Shown here piece after piece: positions 13,950-27,499 of a stretch of DNA of 64,000 nucleotides (position 1 is its first letter; every line of letters begins with the position of its first letter). Origin of the DNA: Haplodiscus bocki (lineage: Eukaryota); the NCBI GenBank assembly GCA_965655095.1, contig CBFHFQ010000247.1, forward strand, positions 1 through 64,000. The letters run 5' to 3'. The translations under genes and the position numbers were made by a program. Under the pieces are notes generated by a model. The model was not told the origin of the DNA. It ran no database searches and saw nothing but the letters and a program-made list of their open reading frames with translations.

Positions 13950-15950
13950 TTTTACCAATTTTCTCTTGACTGCAAACTGCTAATAATATTACTTCTGAAT
14001 AGTTTATCCAAACTCCTGATGACCCTAGGATTACTCATCTCCTAGCCACTTTTTATCGTTTTTCGAAAGTACACAATCTACATTTTAGTTCAACTCGGGA
14101 ACAGAAAGATACTCAACTTCCCTCTGAAATTTTATAAACTAGAACGTTTTCTTATGTTTTTTGTTTTTGCTACAGCTAAAAAAATTGAAGCTTTTCGCTG
14201 CTCTTCAACTGCACAAAAAACTCGTGTCTTTTGTGTTCAAGTTGCACATGATAAAAATAGGGGACATGATCGTATGGATTGGCAATCTAACTACAGGCCA
14301 TGGTCCAAAAAAAACGATCAAATTGATAGTAAAAAACTTATCCGAAACCCTCATGCAACGGACCGGACTTTGCTGAAACTAATCATAATTCTTATATTGG
14401 TTCTTTCACTATTTGATAGACTTAGGTTTCAATTTCAAATTGAAAAAAAATTCCATTCTGTGTAGGCAAAATTGACACTCTACACACCGGTGTATTCACC
14501 TACCAACCAAATATTTATGATCGGATGGCATGTCTTGAAATATCTCTATCAAAATCTTCTGACAACCTAGTTTAACTTATGGAAAAGATAGCTGCTCAAA
14601 ATTTATTGGAAAAGTATCTCTCGTTTATGATGTTGAATTAAATGGATCTATATTTGAAGGCCACTTCTTTCCATGTGTGCATTCTGATGGTTTTTGTAAA
14701 CCAACATTTAAACAAAACTTTTCCATTTTTTGATTTCCTGAGCAAACGCGTTTAATATTTCAGATCTGTGATTTTCTTGGATGCATGCCTGAATCTAATA
14801 TCCGTTACTGGTTACAAACAGTTGGGTTCCCTAAAAATACTGGAAAGGAAACTGAAAGAATTATGAAAGGTTTACTGCCAAATGTTTTTCCCTTTACTAT
14901 CTCACTACAGTGAGTTTTTACTCCAACGATTGAAAATTCTTCCACAAGAACTACTTTCTGAAAAAAACCTAGACAAATGCACATCACTCAATTTCCTGAC
15001 TTAAATGTCACATACTGTGAGGGTTTTAATATTAACTTTGGAAACAAAAACCGCAATGTTGTTGATGGAGAACCATAGTTTAGTCGAAGTTCAATGTCTT
15101 CACCATTAGTTTTTGACTCTCTAGGAAAACAATAATCTATTCCCCCAACGAATGAATCAAATGGTTTTGACACTGTAGACTACGATGCTCCTACAGAAAA
15201 AAGATAGAATTTTCCGTTAATCACGTATTTGAATGTTTGGCCATTCAAGAACTGAAAACATACCATCATTTCTGAGAAGTAGCGAGATTATAGTTGCCTG
15301 TCTGTTTAAAATCGTTGTTTACTTCTCAACTGGCACTCGCAGTAATTTTGTCTATGACGAAGGCTCTATTGCTTGGTGGAATGGTTTTCCCCAATCTTTT
15401 TCACCCCTGCGTGAAGCTGACAAACTTTTTGATCGTATACCAATATACAATCAAGACACCTTATTGTGTATTAATCCTATCACAAGACAATCATTTAATT
15501 ATGCTATACATCTATCTTGTGATAACAATCCACGAAAAATTTCAACTTTGGATCCTGATAATGTTGAACATTATCTGCTGACTCCTAAACTTGTATTACG
15601 AGCTACTACAGGTTTGGCTTGCTGATGCATTTATGGCAACATTTGGCTCTCCATTCTGTATTGTAAATCAATGTACCATTATCTTTTCCACTTTCCTGCT
15701 CACAATACATGTTATTACTTTTTTTAAAGCTCAATAGTCTAGTTCTTATAAGCATTGACTTCATGAGAACATAATTGTACTGCGTTCTATCGCATACTGA
15801 TGTGTCAAAAACCACAGCGCAAATGGTCACTGATTCACTTGACGCTGAATGTGAAAAAAAACGTCAACGAAAAAACTTTCGTTCTCTTGATGACCTACCT
15901 GAAATTTCTTTGATAAGTACGTGCTGCAAACTTTAAAAGAATACTGTTTA
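13950..15950 (+). pseudogene. env-like glycoprotein relic, copy A (class III fusion / chuvirus-G / gB-like)
   Basis: Fragments AKKIEAFRC...FC, EGHFFPCVHSDGFCKPTF and ADKLFDRIPIYNQDTLLCINPITRQSFNYAIHLSC. These match the C[YF]xx[LI]P[VI]...[DN]PxTR...C signature of gB/chuvirus-type retroelement env proteins. The position is 3' of integrase. Confidence 0.55.
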
Positions 15951-18900
15951 TACCAAAACTTCGTGCATTAAATTATCTGAAATTAATGAACCGTGAAGAT
16001 CACTGCCCATTGACAAATGTCAAATCGAATTAGCTGAACCATAAATAAGTTCTACTGTTCCTTCTACCTATCTGCATCAGACAAAAGTATGAACTGCAAA
16101 CTCTCCTTTAGATAAAAACAAGACGACGTCGTCAATTCTGACCTTACTCTCTGGCAATACTTTGCAAACATTTGTTAAAACTACCTATCACTCAGAACCA
16201 CCCTACCTCTGTATCATGTATAATCATGGAAAATCTCAAGCAATATGATCAAATAAACAAGCCTGCAAACTGAACAAGAAAATTATTGAAATATATAATG
16301 ACGAAACATAGTTATTAGAGTTGAGAAAAGATTTGAATTTCTGATTTTCTCTGAGATTCTGGAATCTTTCATTTTTTCTCTATTTCTCGTCACATCAAGT
16401 TCTTCCTTAAAGTTCTGAAAAACGAACTTCAATTTAATCCACGTCTCAAAAGTCACTTTGTTCATCACTGAAAAAATCCAAGACATTTTGTTTTGTGCGC
16501 TGCAAATAAGTACTCTTCCAAACATAAAATCGACTTTGTGCTTTTTGCTGCAACATTAATCACCTTTCTGCACTAATGATCATGTACTTTCGAAGTTTCT
16601 TCGTTCAATTTGAGCGTCGAGTACAATGGATCTAAGCGAATCTCAACCGCTCGATACAACTCATGTCTCCTGCTTTTCCAATCGTCAATAAAAACAAAAA
16701 CTACGCAATATGAAAATCACTGGAAAAACTTTGAAAGTTTGTCTTCCTCCCACTGAATTTGTTTCCTAACCTCTGCTAATCAATGTACCGATTGACTCTA
16801 GCGAAACTGTATCACCGGAAAAACTTATTTCTGACTTTTCTGCAAAAACAAAACCAAAAATTGATATCAACAAATCTTTGTACGGTTCTGATACTTCTCG
16901 GAACGATGGAAAGGGAACTCAACAAACAACTGGTAACGCTGATTCAACTGCTCGAATCAAACCAAAAAACTTGTGAAGCTGATTGTTCAAGGTCGCCCAA
17001 AAAAAATATTTTCAATGATCCTGCGTTCTTAACTTCAAAATTTATGCCTCTTACTCTGAAGTTGTCATCGAAACCTGATTTACATCGAAAGGATTCTTTA
17101 ACAACTCAAATGTAAACTGAAAATTTTCAATTCAAATCTCAAAAAGTTTCGCTGTATATGGTTTCATCACCGTATAATAGTCAACTTTCATCTCAATGCA
17201 AATCACTAAAAGGCTCATTATATCTTGTATAGGTTTAGTAGAGTAGCCCTATAAGAGTACTGGACTAAAATTATTCAAACACTCTTCACTCTGCCATTGA
17301 AATTTGGCATTTGGTCCCTCTGTAATCGATTTACACACTGGTGATTCGAATCCAAATGGTGAATCTCCGAACGGAAAAAACGTGTCCATGAAGAGAAATA
17401 TAAACTTTCTGGGGAAACAGATAACCTTCCTCCCAACTTCACAAAAAAATTGTTTCCCAAATTAGAAAGTTTACATCCCAATTTCACTTAATTTATAAAA
17501 TGATTGGTTCGCTCAAAGATTTATGATCCTCTGGAATAAGTTTGATAACACCAAATAACTTTTTGATACGGGTCTGATTTTTCCTAGAAATGCCTCTTTT
17601 CTATTGATTACGCGAATTTTGATCCGGACTGCAATCCAAAGAAAAGTTCTCATTCTTATCCACACTTGTCAAGATACTTTGATCATTCTGTAAATGATAT
17701 ACAACGAACCCTGAAGACATACACTGGTCATATTAACACTAAACTCATAGTGAAATTTTTTTTTTTGACTACACAATCAATAACATTCTATTCCAAGAAA
17801 AAATCGGGACAATTCACATACTAATTCTCAACCTGCATTTTAAGCTCGATTTTCCTCTCCTGCAAAATTCTATAAAAATTTCAAAAGCAAAAATGAACCT
17901 ATCAATATTGATCAATCAACTGACTTTCAAAATACGTTTGAGCACATCAAACAATTTGACGATTGAGTTGGACTGTACCAAGTTAAGAACTCTGATATAT
18001 TTGAAAGTGAACTCCTGAAAAAAGTTCATGACAGATATCAGGCAGCATTTTCGCGTGTGCAAATCTCAAACTGAGACTGAGAACAAAGCAACAATCTTTA
18101 GGTCAGTTGCATTCTACTGCCTTACAGATTTTCACAATAATTTTTCCTTCAAAGTTTTAACACTGAAAGTTATTCAAAAATGAAATTTTCCATATAAGTA
18201 AAAGGAAGTTTTCAATGTAAATTCTTAATTTTTTACACCACGGAAAGACTTTTCTCGTATTATATATCAAGGGTATTTTTTTCTAGCCGTTTATGATCCC
18301 AATTACTAAAGACTTCCGAAAAACTCCGAACTTTACGGGATAAGACTTCTGCAACTAACACTTCATTTTTGCAAACTCTTCTCGCATATCCGTCTGGAAG
18401 TGATGTTTACATTTTCACCTAGTTCCCACAATCAACCGACAAGTTCCGTGAAAGTCCGAATACAGTTCCAAACAGCTGCCCTGCGAGTACTACTTCAGGA
18501 AACTCTTCGAGTGTCCACGGAAAAACCTGAAGATTGTGACAAGAATTTCTGTAATGGAAAAAGTTTCCATCGTTTTCAAGTACTTTTTTTAAACTCTTCT
18601 TACCTCAACCCAATGATCAAGCGGATTCTATTCCTCCTTTTAAATCTCTGTTGCTACACGTGGTAAATCAAAATTAACCATTGAAATTTGTCAAGGATCA
18701 AAATGACCCTGATGTTGAACAAATAAGAAGGGAAACTTTCATCGTCTCAACTGAATCGGAATTTGTTACATGATCAATTCCTGAAGCTTCTCCGAAACAG
18801 AAATACTTAAGATTTGAAGAATCTTTCAGTAACCCTGAAAACGTTTTGAACCAAACCGCATTACCTACTAGGCAAAAAGTTTCACTGAAATTTGATGGTG

Positions 18901-19699
18901 ATGATGAACTTTTTTCTGCAAGGCATGATACCTTGCTTAACAGTGTTCTTGTTAATTATGCACATGCTTATTTCTTTTCGTTTCATACTGGAACTCGGCC
19001 GCGTCAAGAGCCTTCAGGAAGAATTAAAAATATTTTTCATACCACTGATGGTCCAATTGAACCTTGTCCTACGATTCCACACAATCACTGGCATTCTCTA
19101 CAAAAACAAACGCTGCAAAAAAATCTCTCAGTCAGAATTTTACCAACCGGCCACGCGAAAACAATAAGATTTGGAAAACTAATCCTTTCACACATACTCC
19201 TCGGAAGATTAATGGATACTGGAAAATTATAAACAATAACTCTGAAGGTTTTTATAATTCAAAACTTAATTTTTTTTAAACCTACCATTGTAACTCTGGA
19301 AAAGTCTTCTTTCATGTCTGTACAAAGAATTCCTGGCTCACTGGCTCTTAACTGGCTTACTGGCTTTTTACTGGGTTTCTGGTTCCTTATTTTTCTGGCT
19401 CTGTACATTCAGAGACAAAATTTGCTTCTGTACTTTTTCCTGCTCAAGCAAAGATAATGAATTTTTTTTGCTGATCTGCAACTGTTCAAAAGACCCGTGT
19501 GTTTTGCGTTCAAGGTGCACATAGTAAAAACTACCGACACGATCATAGGAGTTGGCATTCATATCAATGCTCTTACCGAAAGGAGTGGATCTTCTTAAAC
19601 GTAAATCTAAGATTCCAAACATCCTTGGGACGGATAATTCTGAACTAAGCTAAACTTCCTTTAAAGATTTTTTCACCAAATTGGATAGATTGGGTTTTC

Positions 19700-21400
19700 A
19701 GGTCGAAATTGAAAAGAGACAAACTGAATTCACTGTAAGGAAAATGAAGATTGTGCAAACTGTTTTACTCACCCATCAACATCTTAATTATAATTGGATT
19801 ATTTCTCCCGCTGATACAAATACCAGATGTTCTGATAAACAAGAATTTTCTATCGACAAAGGTAGCGAGTCAATAATTATTGAAGATGGATTGGTCGATT
19901 CTGATTTTAAGCATGATTAGTAAAGCCTAGAATGTCATACCCTTACGGGATTTTTTTGTGATGGTTTCTTTAAACCAACACTAAAACATCTTTTTACAAC
20001 TGTTTGGTTTCCTGAGAAATTGAATTTAACTTTTCACGTCTCTGAGTTCATCGAAAATATGTCTAAACAGAAAAATTATTACTGCCTAGAAACTAGAACT
20101 TTTTTCAACAGTACTGAAAAAAACACTGAGAAAGCAGAAAATAGATTATCGCTATTTTTTTAACTGTTCTATGTCACCACTGGGAACCAATACTCCATTT
20201 GTTATCACGATTAGGAAGTCTTCCACAAGGAAATCTTTTTTTAAAGAAAACCTAACTTTCTAAACGGAAAACCATTTTGCTTCAGGTTTCAAGGTCTCCG
20301 CCATTCATCTTTGACTCTGCTGCAAAGTAATAATTTTCTCCTCCACTGAGCATTTCAAATAGTTTCGGCCTTGGAGACTATGATCCTCTTTTCATAACAA
20401 AGATATATTTTTCTATCAACTATGTCCTCAGTTTCTGATCATACGGAAAATGAACAAAATACACCAAACTTGCGATTTAAAACGAACACAGTTGCTAGCT
20501 ATTTTGCCAATGTCCGTAAAGAGACCACAATTTGCTGATCGCTTCCCGCTGAAAACTGCAGAAATTTTCTGGTTAAAGAACTCTCCACTGCTTAGCGATT
20601 TGGTTTTCGTAGTGTTTTCTGTTTGAGCCTGATAAACGTTTTGACCATATACCCATATACTATCAGGTCACCCTATTGTATATTGATCCTTGACAAATAT
20701 TTATTTACGCTACTCCTATACCTTGTCACAACAATCCGCAAAATGTTAAAACCATAGATCTTGATAATGATTTACTTTTTTCAGTAACGTCGACACCTTT
20801 ATATTGAGCTAATCTAACACTCTTTGAACTAAAACAGATTCAATCTGCAAAGATCCCGAGTACTTTCACTGCACAAGAAGCTGGATTTTTCTCCAATCCT
20901 GACTTGACTGAATTGTGGTACCGTGTTATTTTCACATGATACTGCCACACTATACTGAAGCCTTTCGTAAAATCAATAACGTTTTTTTTTTCATTCACTT
21001 CCGAAAAAAACCCAACTGACGTTTGTTTGAGTAGTGATAGAATTCGATTTAATGAATACGAAGTTTTAAAGGTCGGTGTACTTGATCACATTTCAAGCGT
21101 TGTTCCTCTGTTTGAGCTGGACTGGTTTGTTGATGCCTTTATTTCATCCTTTTTACAATACGTGATTACGTTCCAGCTGAAGTTTTTTAGTTCTAGGGCG
21201 TTTTAGTATAGACCCTATAAAAATATAGTCAAACTGAGTTTGATCGAACACAGTTTCTTCAAATGTAACACATCCGAAATATTAACTGATTCACAAGATG
21301 CTGTTCGTGGAAAAAAACAACGGAAAAATTTGGAACGTCGTGGTGACGTCCCTGAGTGTTGTTCAAACAACACTAGCTGGAAAAGTATTGAAAAAATTAA
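19700..21400 (+). pseudogene. env-like glycoprotein relic, copy B
   Basis: Homologous to copy A. CDGFFKPTLKHLFTTVWFPE at ~19955-20015, and FDHIPIYYQVTLLYIDP...YATPIPCHNNPQN at ~20640-20745. Confidence 0.55.
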
Positions 21401-24400
21401 AAAATAAAACATATTCCATGCCTAAGACTTCAGACACATTTGAACTAAGCAGCATACTGAAAACCGAGAAGTGTCAATTTAAAACAACTGAACGTGAGAA
21501 GTTTGTTAGTCTTCTTACTACCTACCTATTTAACACAAAATTGTCAAATGCAAACTCTATTGGAGACAAAAACCAAATAGCGTCGTCGTTTACGACCCAA
21601 CTCTCCGATAAAACTCCACAATTTTTTGTTGAAAGTTTTTATCAGCCATGACCACCTCACCTCTGTATCAAATTTACACATGAATGGTTTCCCGAAACAT
21701 GAGCAAATAAACAATACTTCTAACTGAAAGAACTGTCATTGCAGTTTATGGTGATGGTCTCTATTTATTAGGTTTTTAAAAAGCACTTTCTTCAAATGTT
21801 AACAGAGTGACAGTGCATTATTGTATTTTTTTCACTTGGATCGTGAGAAGTTTTCAACTCCCGCATTCTCTTTCAGTTTCCCCTTGTATCAGGTCTGCAA
21901 CACGTTCTTCTTTGAAGACTTTGAAACATAATCCTTGCTTTATTTTTGACGTCAAAAGTTTTCAACACTGAAAATAAAACACTATTTTGAGATTTCAACA
22001 ATTTTTTTGACTCTAAAACATTTCATCTGTGATTCCCTTCTTTTAACTTTTCCCTACTTAAATCAAGTGTCAAGTATCACTGATTAAACAACAACTCAAT
22101 CGTTTGATAGAAAACGATGTTTCCATTTCTGCTCGTAAAAATTAGGATTCTCTCAGATGATTCTCTTCAATGAACGTTGGATTATTCTTTTCCTTCCACT
22201 GACTTCTAATCTTAACCTCTCGTTGAAACATTACGAAGTGATTGTACAAAAACTGTATCTTCTTATAAAAGTCGCTCACTGTTTTCTTCATCAAGCAAAA
22301 ATTCAATCACTGAAACTGAGAACTCCTTACATGGCTCTCAGACCTCTCTACTTAAAGGAAAGAAAATCAAGAAGAAAATCGGAAAATTTTCAATGCAGCT
22401 CGCAAAACACGCTCGCTAAAACAAAACATGTGAAACCGATTCATCAGAATCTCCAATACGAAAAACAATTTTTTTGACCCTGCATTTTGGAATTTGAAAG
22501 TTAGACTCCCCACTCTGAAGCCACCAAATAACATGTTTTTTACAAAAAAACTTCTTTAACAGGTCAACCTTCTACTGAAAAGTTCAATTCAAGCCTCAAT
22601 TGACTTCGCGGTATATGGTTTTGGCACCGTATAGAAAACATCCTAATCCAAATCGATAGAGTGGTTTTTATGATCTATATGCGTTTGAGCATTTAGAACC
22701 ATTTGAAAGCTGGGCTTCAAACAATCAAAATGTTTTCAATCTGCAAGTTTATTTTGTACGCCCTAGTGTCTTTGACCTACATAGCGATGATTCAAATACA
22801 AGCATTCAATCTGTCCTTAAAAAACGTGTCAATAATGAGACGTTTAAACGCTTTTGAGCTAAACTTCCTCCCAATTTGAGAAAGAATTTCTTCTGTGAAA
22901 AAATTAATTTCAGATATACTTCACCGTTTTGTTTCTTCTAAAAAATGAATCTTTCACATACAATTGTTTCTCTGAGAAGTTTCGATCCAATTAAACAATA
23001 ATGTTTTTTTTACTCTAAAGGATCCTTCGGCTAGACCTTCTATCCTTCTACAAGAACGTTTCTTTTCCTGTTACTCAACGTAAATGATCCTATCTGTAAT
23101 CCAACTAAAATCTTCCATCAATTTTTACACTTGTGAAACGTCTTTGATCACCCAATGAGTGATCGAAGGTCGAAAAACTACAATGGCCTTGGTTCAAACC
23201 ATTTTAGGCATTCTGAATTGTCTTTTTGGCTGCACAATCAACAACTTTCTTTTGGTAAAAGCAGTGTGGCCACATGTCGCAAACTGCATCCTCTACTCAA
23301 GTTACACAGTCCTGTACAACAATTTATGGAATCATCAACCCGGAAGTCGAAACTATTCATAATGAAAAAATACCTGATTTTCAAAAACTTTATTACCCTA
23401 TTAAACAAATTGGCGACTTGGATGAATGTATCCACCTAACAACTGAGAACTATCTGGTAATGACACTATGAAGATATTTCGTCATTGATACCTTGTGAAC
23501 CCTTTTCTTGTGCAAATTTGCAAACGCGTCTCAAAACGTTTCACCACTCCTCAATTGAGCCCCAAACCTCTGTCACAATTCTGAAAAAGCTTTACACTTG
23601 AACCTTCCTTCACATTCAAAAAACTGAAAATGCAACTTTCCTTCAAAAATGTATCCCTGAAATCTTTTCAGCAACAAAACTTCCTTCGAAACAACACAAA
23701 CTTTTCACATACAATTCTATGTTATACACCGGAGAAAAAATTCGTTTTTTCTGAACTTACCAATCGAAAAAATTGGAAAAAAACCATTCATGACTGTTCG
23801 TTATTCAAACTTTTGAGGAACTCCAAAAAAACTGTGCATTTGAATATATCTGTTTTTCCTTTAACCACTATTTATTTTGATTAAACAACCTCTTCTCGTG
23901 TCCACCTGATAGCGATGATCACATCTTCGCTTAGTTACCCTGACCAACTCAAAGATCTTCAACTTTTGGAAGAAAAAGTCATGTTGCTGTTTTATGAGTA
24001 TTTCTCATAAATGTTGCCCGTCCACTAGGGGAAAAACTTGATGACCACGACAAGGACTTCCCCAACGCTACAAATTTTCACAGATGTCACGTCCATCTTC
24101 TCGGATTTTCCTCGGTCTTTTATGTATTGAGCAAATTGACTCTGATTCTCTGCTTAGCACTTTATTGGTACATCTGGTAAACCAAAATCATTTAGTGAAC
24201 ATTCCTATTGATAATCAAAACAACGAAGCAGATGCTGAGCAGATCACAAAAACGTATTAACATTGCTTTAACCAAAACTGAACTCAATACATCATCTAGT
24301 TTTGAAGCTTCTTCAAAAAATATCTCTTCTACACATTTCGGATTTTTTTGTAACGCCCAAGAGCCTCAATACACAACTTACAAAAGCTCCAACGCATTTT

Positions 24401-26229
24401 GCTTCATTGATTGTTGATGATAATGTTGATTTCTGTCCTGAATAAAGGTACATTTCACAATATTGTTCGTGTAACATTTGGACACACTGACTATCTTCCG
24501 CCTCGAACTACAAATCACTCACTACAGGATACTGCTTTAAACACGGCAAAAACTCTCATTAACTCTGACGATCTTTCATTCCTACTTCATGGTTTGGCAT
24601 CACTCTCATTGGCATCCTCCTCAAAAAATATTCAAAAATTTCTTAGGTTAATATAATTTTAACTTGTCTCGGGACGACAAAATGATTCCGAAAACAATTC
24701 CGATTATACTTAATCCTGATGTCACTTCTGAAGGAATTTCTCGGTACTCAAAACCTCATATACAAAAATCTTAAAATTGTTTTCAGTTCCAACATTCAAT
24801 TATTGAACAATCTGTATTTCTGAAGAGTTTCTTTTTTATCGGTATTTCCAATATTACCACTGGTCCTGTTCCCCGGTTCTGGGATTCGTGTTGACTCTGA
24901 ATCCCTACTTTTAGCTTTGGCGCTGGTTCTGTTTTTTGTCTGTGGGTCTGTTTTTGGCTCCATTGGTTTCGCCCTATTGCTTCTCTTGGTGTTTACACCT
25001 CTCACTGATTTTCAATGTGTGTTCTTATATGCTGGTTCATAATTTGGTTCTCACTTCTGCATGCTAAAGCCAGCCTAAGATCGATTACATTCGAGAGGAA
25101 GCTGCACTCCTTGGCTCACTTGCTGATCCACAAGAACTTGTTTATTGTGTCACAAGTCACTTTCTGATAAACTGACTGCAACCTGGTTATTACTGCTACG
25201 CAACAGCAAGATCAGAGATAGAAGATTAGACGAACAATGGGAAAGCGAAACTTTCTTCGTATTTCATTGGAATCCCTTAGTTAAAACTGCTGCACTCATA
25301 ATTGAACGCTTTTGTTTGGCGATAATGAACATAACTCCGATGTTTAATCTTAAAATATAAACTCTTTTGTAATTCAAATTTCGCTCGTAATTACCCACTG
25401 CTCAGAATTTGCAAAGTGCCACCGTTGCATTTTCCCAAGTCTTTAACACAACGCAATCCTACCCGTGTTTGTTAGCGTTAAGTTCAATGTGTACTTTGTT
25501 AATACTTTGCCTGTTATGTTTTTAACATGTCCACCAAATGTATTGCACTGAAAACTTCGCTGAAAACACTCTCTGAAATCCAGCAAAAACTTTTTATGAA
25601 CCAACTTTCTGAAGCTTCTTCTATAAGAAGAGTACTTTTTCCTCACTAAACTCGGAATAAATAACGCCAATTCTAGCATCCTGGATTTTTTATAAACCAA
25701 GTCTAATGTGTCGACTTGTTCCTTTTATGTTCACGGTTACCAGACCCTTTCAGTAAATTTTTTCAGCAACGAAGTTATAGTCTTTCAAATGGACAAAGAA
25801 GTTCAACAAACTGGACAAATTTGAAATGATTTCCACGAATTGAAAGTTTGAGATGAAAGATAAATATTGCGCTCAAAATGCAAATGAACTGAAATGAATG
25901 TCCCCTCCAAACGGAAAATGAAGTTAAGGACACTCTTTCATATTTTGACCGCACAACCTTCAAGGTCGGACCCATTAAGTTTCACTCTGAAAAAATGAAC
26001 AGCTTTGATGTGAACCTTCTGAGAACCCAAGTAAAACTGAAAAACAATTACGATACGAAAAACGGAAGACTTATCAAAACGGAAGAATTGAGACCACCAA
26101 TTCCACTGAAATCTAAAGCTTTTTATGAACATGCACCGAAACCAAAGTTTTTCTTTTAAATCCCCGTCGTATGTTTTACATACTAATTTAGAGAAGATTT
26201 TCCTGAAACATCATTGGGTAGAAGTAGAA

Positions 26230-26471
26230 TGTGTATGTATTCTCTATTTAAAACCTTTGTAAATTCTTATGATATATATATTGACTGAGAGTTGAAGTAA
26301 TACCCAGGTAGAGACTAGTTCTGTTCCTGATAAATTATAAATAGAACTACCTTTGAGATCTCAATGTTTTGGAAATTATTAGGGTAACTCGACAGGGAAT
26401 TGTTTTAGTGTTAACTGAAGTAAAGTAACAACCCAACAACAAAACACTTCTTTTAAACTTAACACATAACA
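26230..26471 (+). repeat. Putative 3' LTR preceded by a polypurine tract
   Basis: Purine-rich GGGTAGAAGTAGAA lies immediately before TGTGTATGT at 26230. The segment ends ACATAACA at 26471, giving TG...CA with an imperfect terminal inverted repeat. No clearly matching 5' LTR was seen. Confidence 0.35.
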
Positions 26472-27499
26472 CTTGGTTCTGAATCGACTGTTAGATTCCT
26501 ACTATATTTTTTAAAGGAAAACACAAAACTTTGAGAAAAGCTTGTTGATCTGAAAGTTGCCCCATGGTGTGCAGGGCATTCTTACTACAGTGCATCCCTG
26601 GGCACAGTGCTTTCTTATTAAGTACTTGTTACGGGTTTTGCCAAGAACGGGGTAAGTGTACAGGGCTGAGGTACAAGGCTGTGCCGTAGTAAGTTATCAC
26701 AGGGGTAGTAAACACGGGTAGATTTCAAGTCGAAGTTTATAGTCCAATTCTGAAGACGAGGAAATCTTTCTAGGACAGAAAAAAAAATGTTTCATCGTGT
26801 TTAAACACTCTACAAGGTATTTAGAAAAAACCGGGATAGTCAGAATAACTGAGACATAGAAATGGGCGTCATTTTCTGTCAAGAAAGTATCAAATAATCC
26901 GGACAATCTTTTGAACGATAAACCGTTTTTTGGTATATGTTGCTGTTTTGAGTTGGTTGGTACAATACCAAAAAAGTTTTTACATCAATCAAACAAACGC
27001 AAAAAAATCCAGCTTTCAAGCAAATGGAGACCAAAGAAATGTGAACCAAAAAGGATAATCAGAATCATTTTGCCCTCAAATTCCCCCGTTGACAAATGAC
27101 AAATTGATGTTTCGATTTCTCTGTTTTTAAATATTTTTCTTCAGACAATGTAAACATTGAATGACGTTTGATCCAGAGTTTCGCCTCTGACAGGCAATGA
27201 TTACATTTCACTACGGATATTACTCTTCCTGGATTTTTCGGTCAATCAAACTCTCCGGAGACCCAAGTTGACATTTTTATTGTCTTCATTGTACTCTTTC
27301 TTTCTTTCTGTCTTTCTGCAGTCTACAGCATTTCCGTTTACTTGTGATGACATCTTCTGCAAATTCCAAAAAAAACCTGCAAATCTTTTACTTTACGAAA
27401 AAGAAAAAAAATCTGATTTATCTTCGTTCAAGATTTTTTTCCTTTTTTTTCTTGACTGCATGACAATAAAACTCATAAATACTGGCCGCAGAGCAAAAT

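Larger units (their letters stand above)
4200..26471 (+). mobile_element. Very large degenerate Ty3/Gypsy-like LTR retroelement (gag-pol, then two env-containing modules)
   Basis: Relic motifs occur in Gypsy order on +: gag-like (VFDGLDHDYTPE ~5810), RT (NVDDI ~8585, ELMRFIGS ~8825), RNase H (TTDSSxIGIGCSLFQ ~9035), integrase (10540-12000), then env-like blocks. Boundaries are approximate and the 5' LTR is not resolved. Confidence 0.65.

Noticed and set aside
26559-26607. GC-rich imperfect inverted repeat as a terminator or structured RNA
   Set aside because: It is short and imperfect, with no supporting context.
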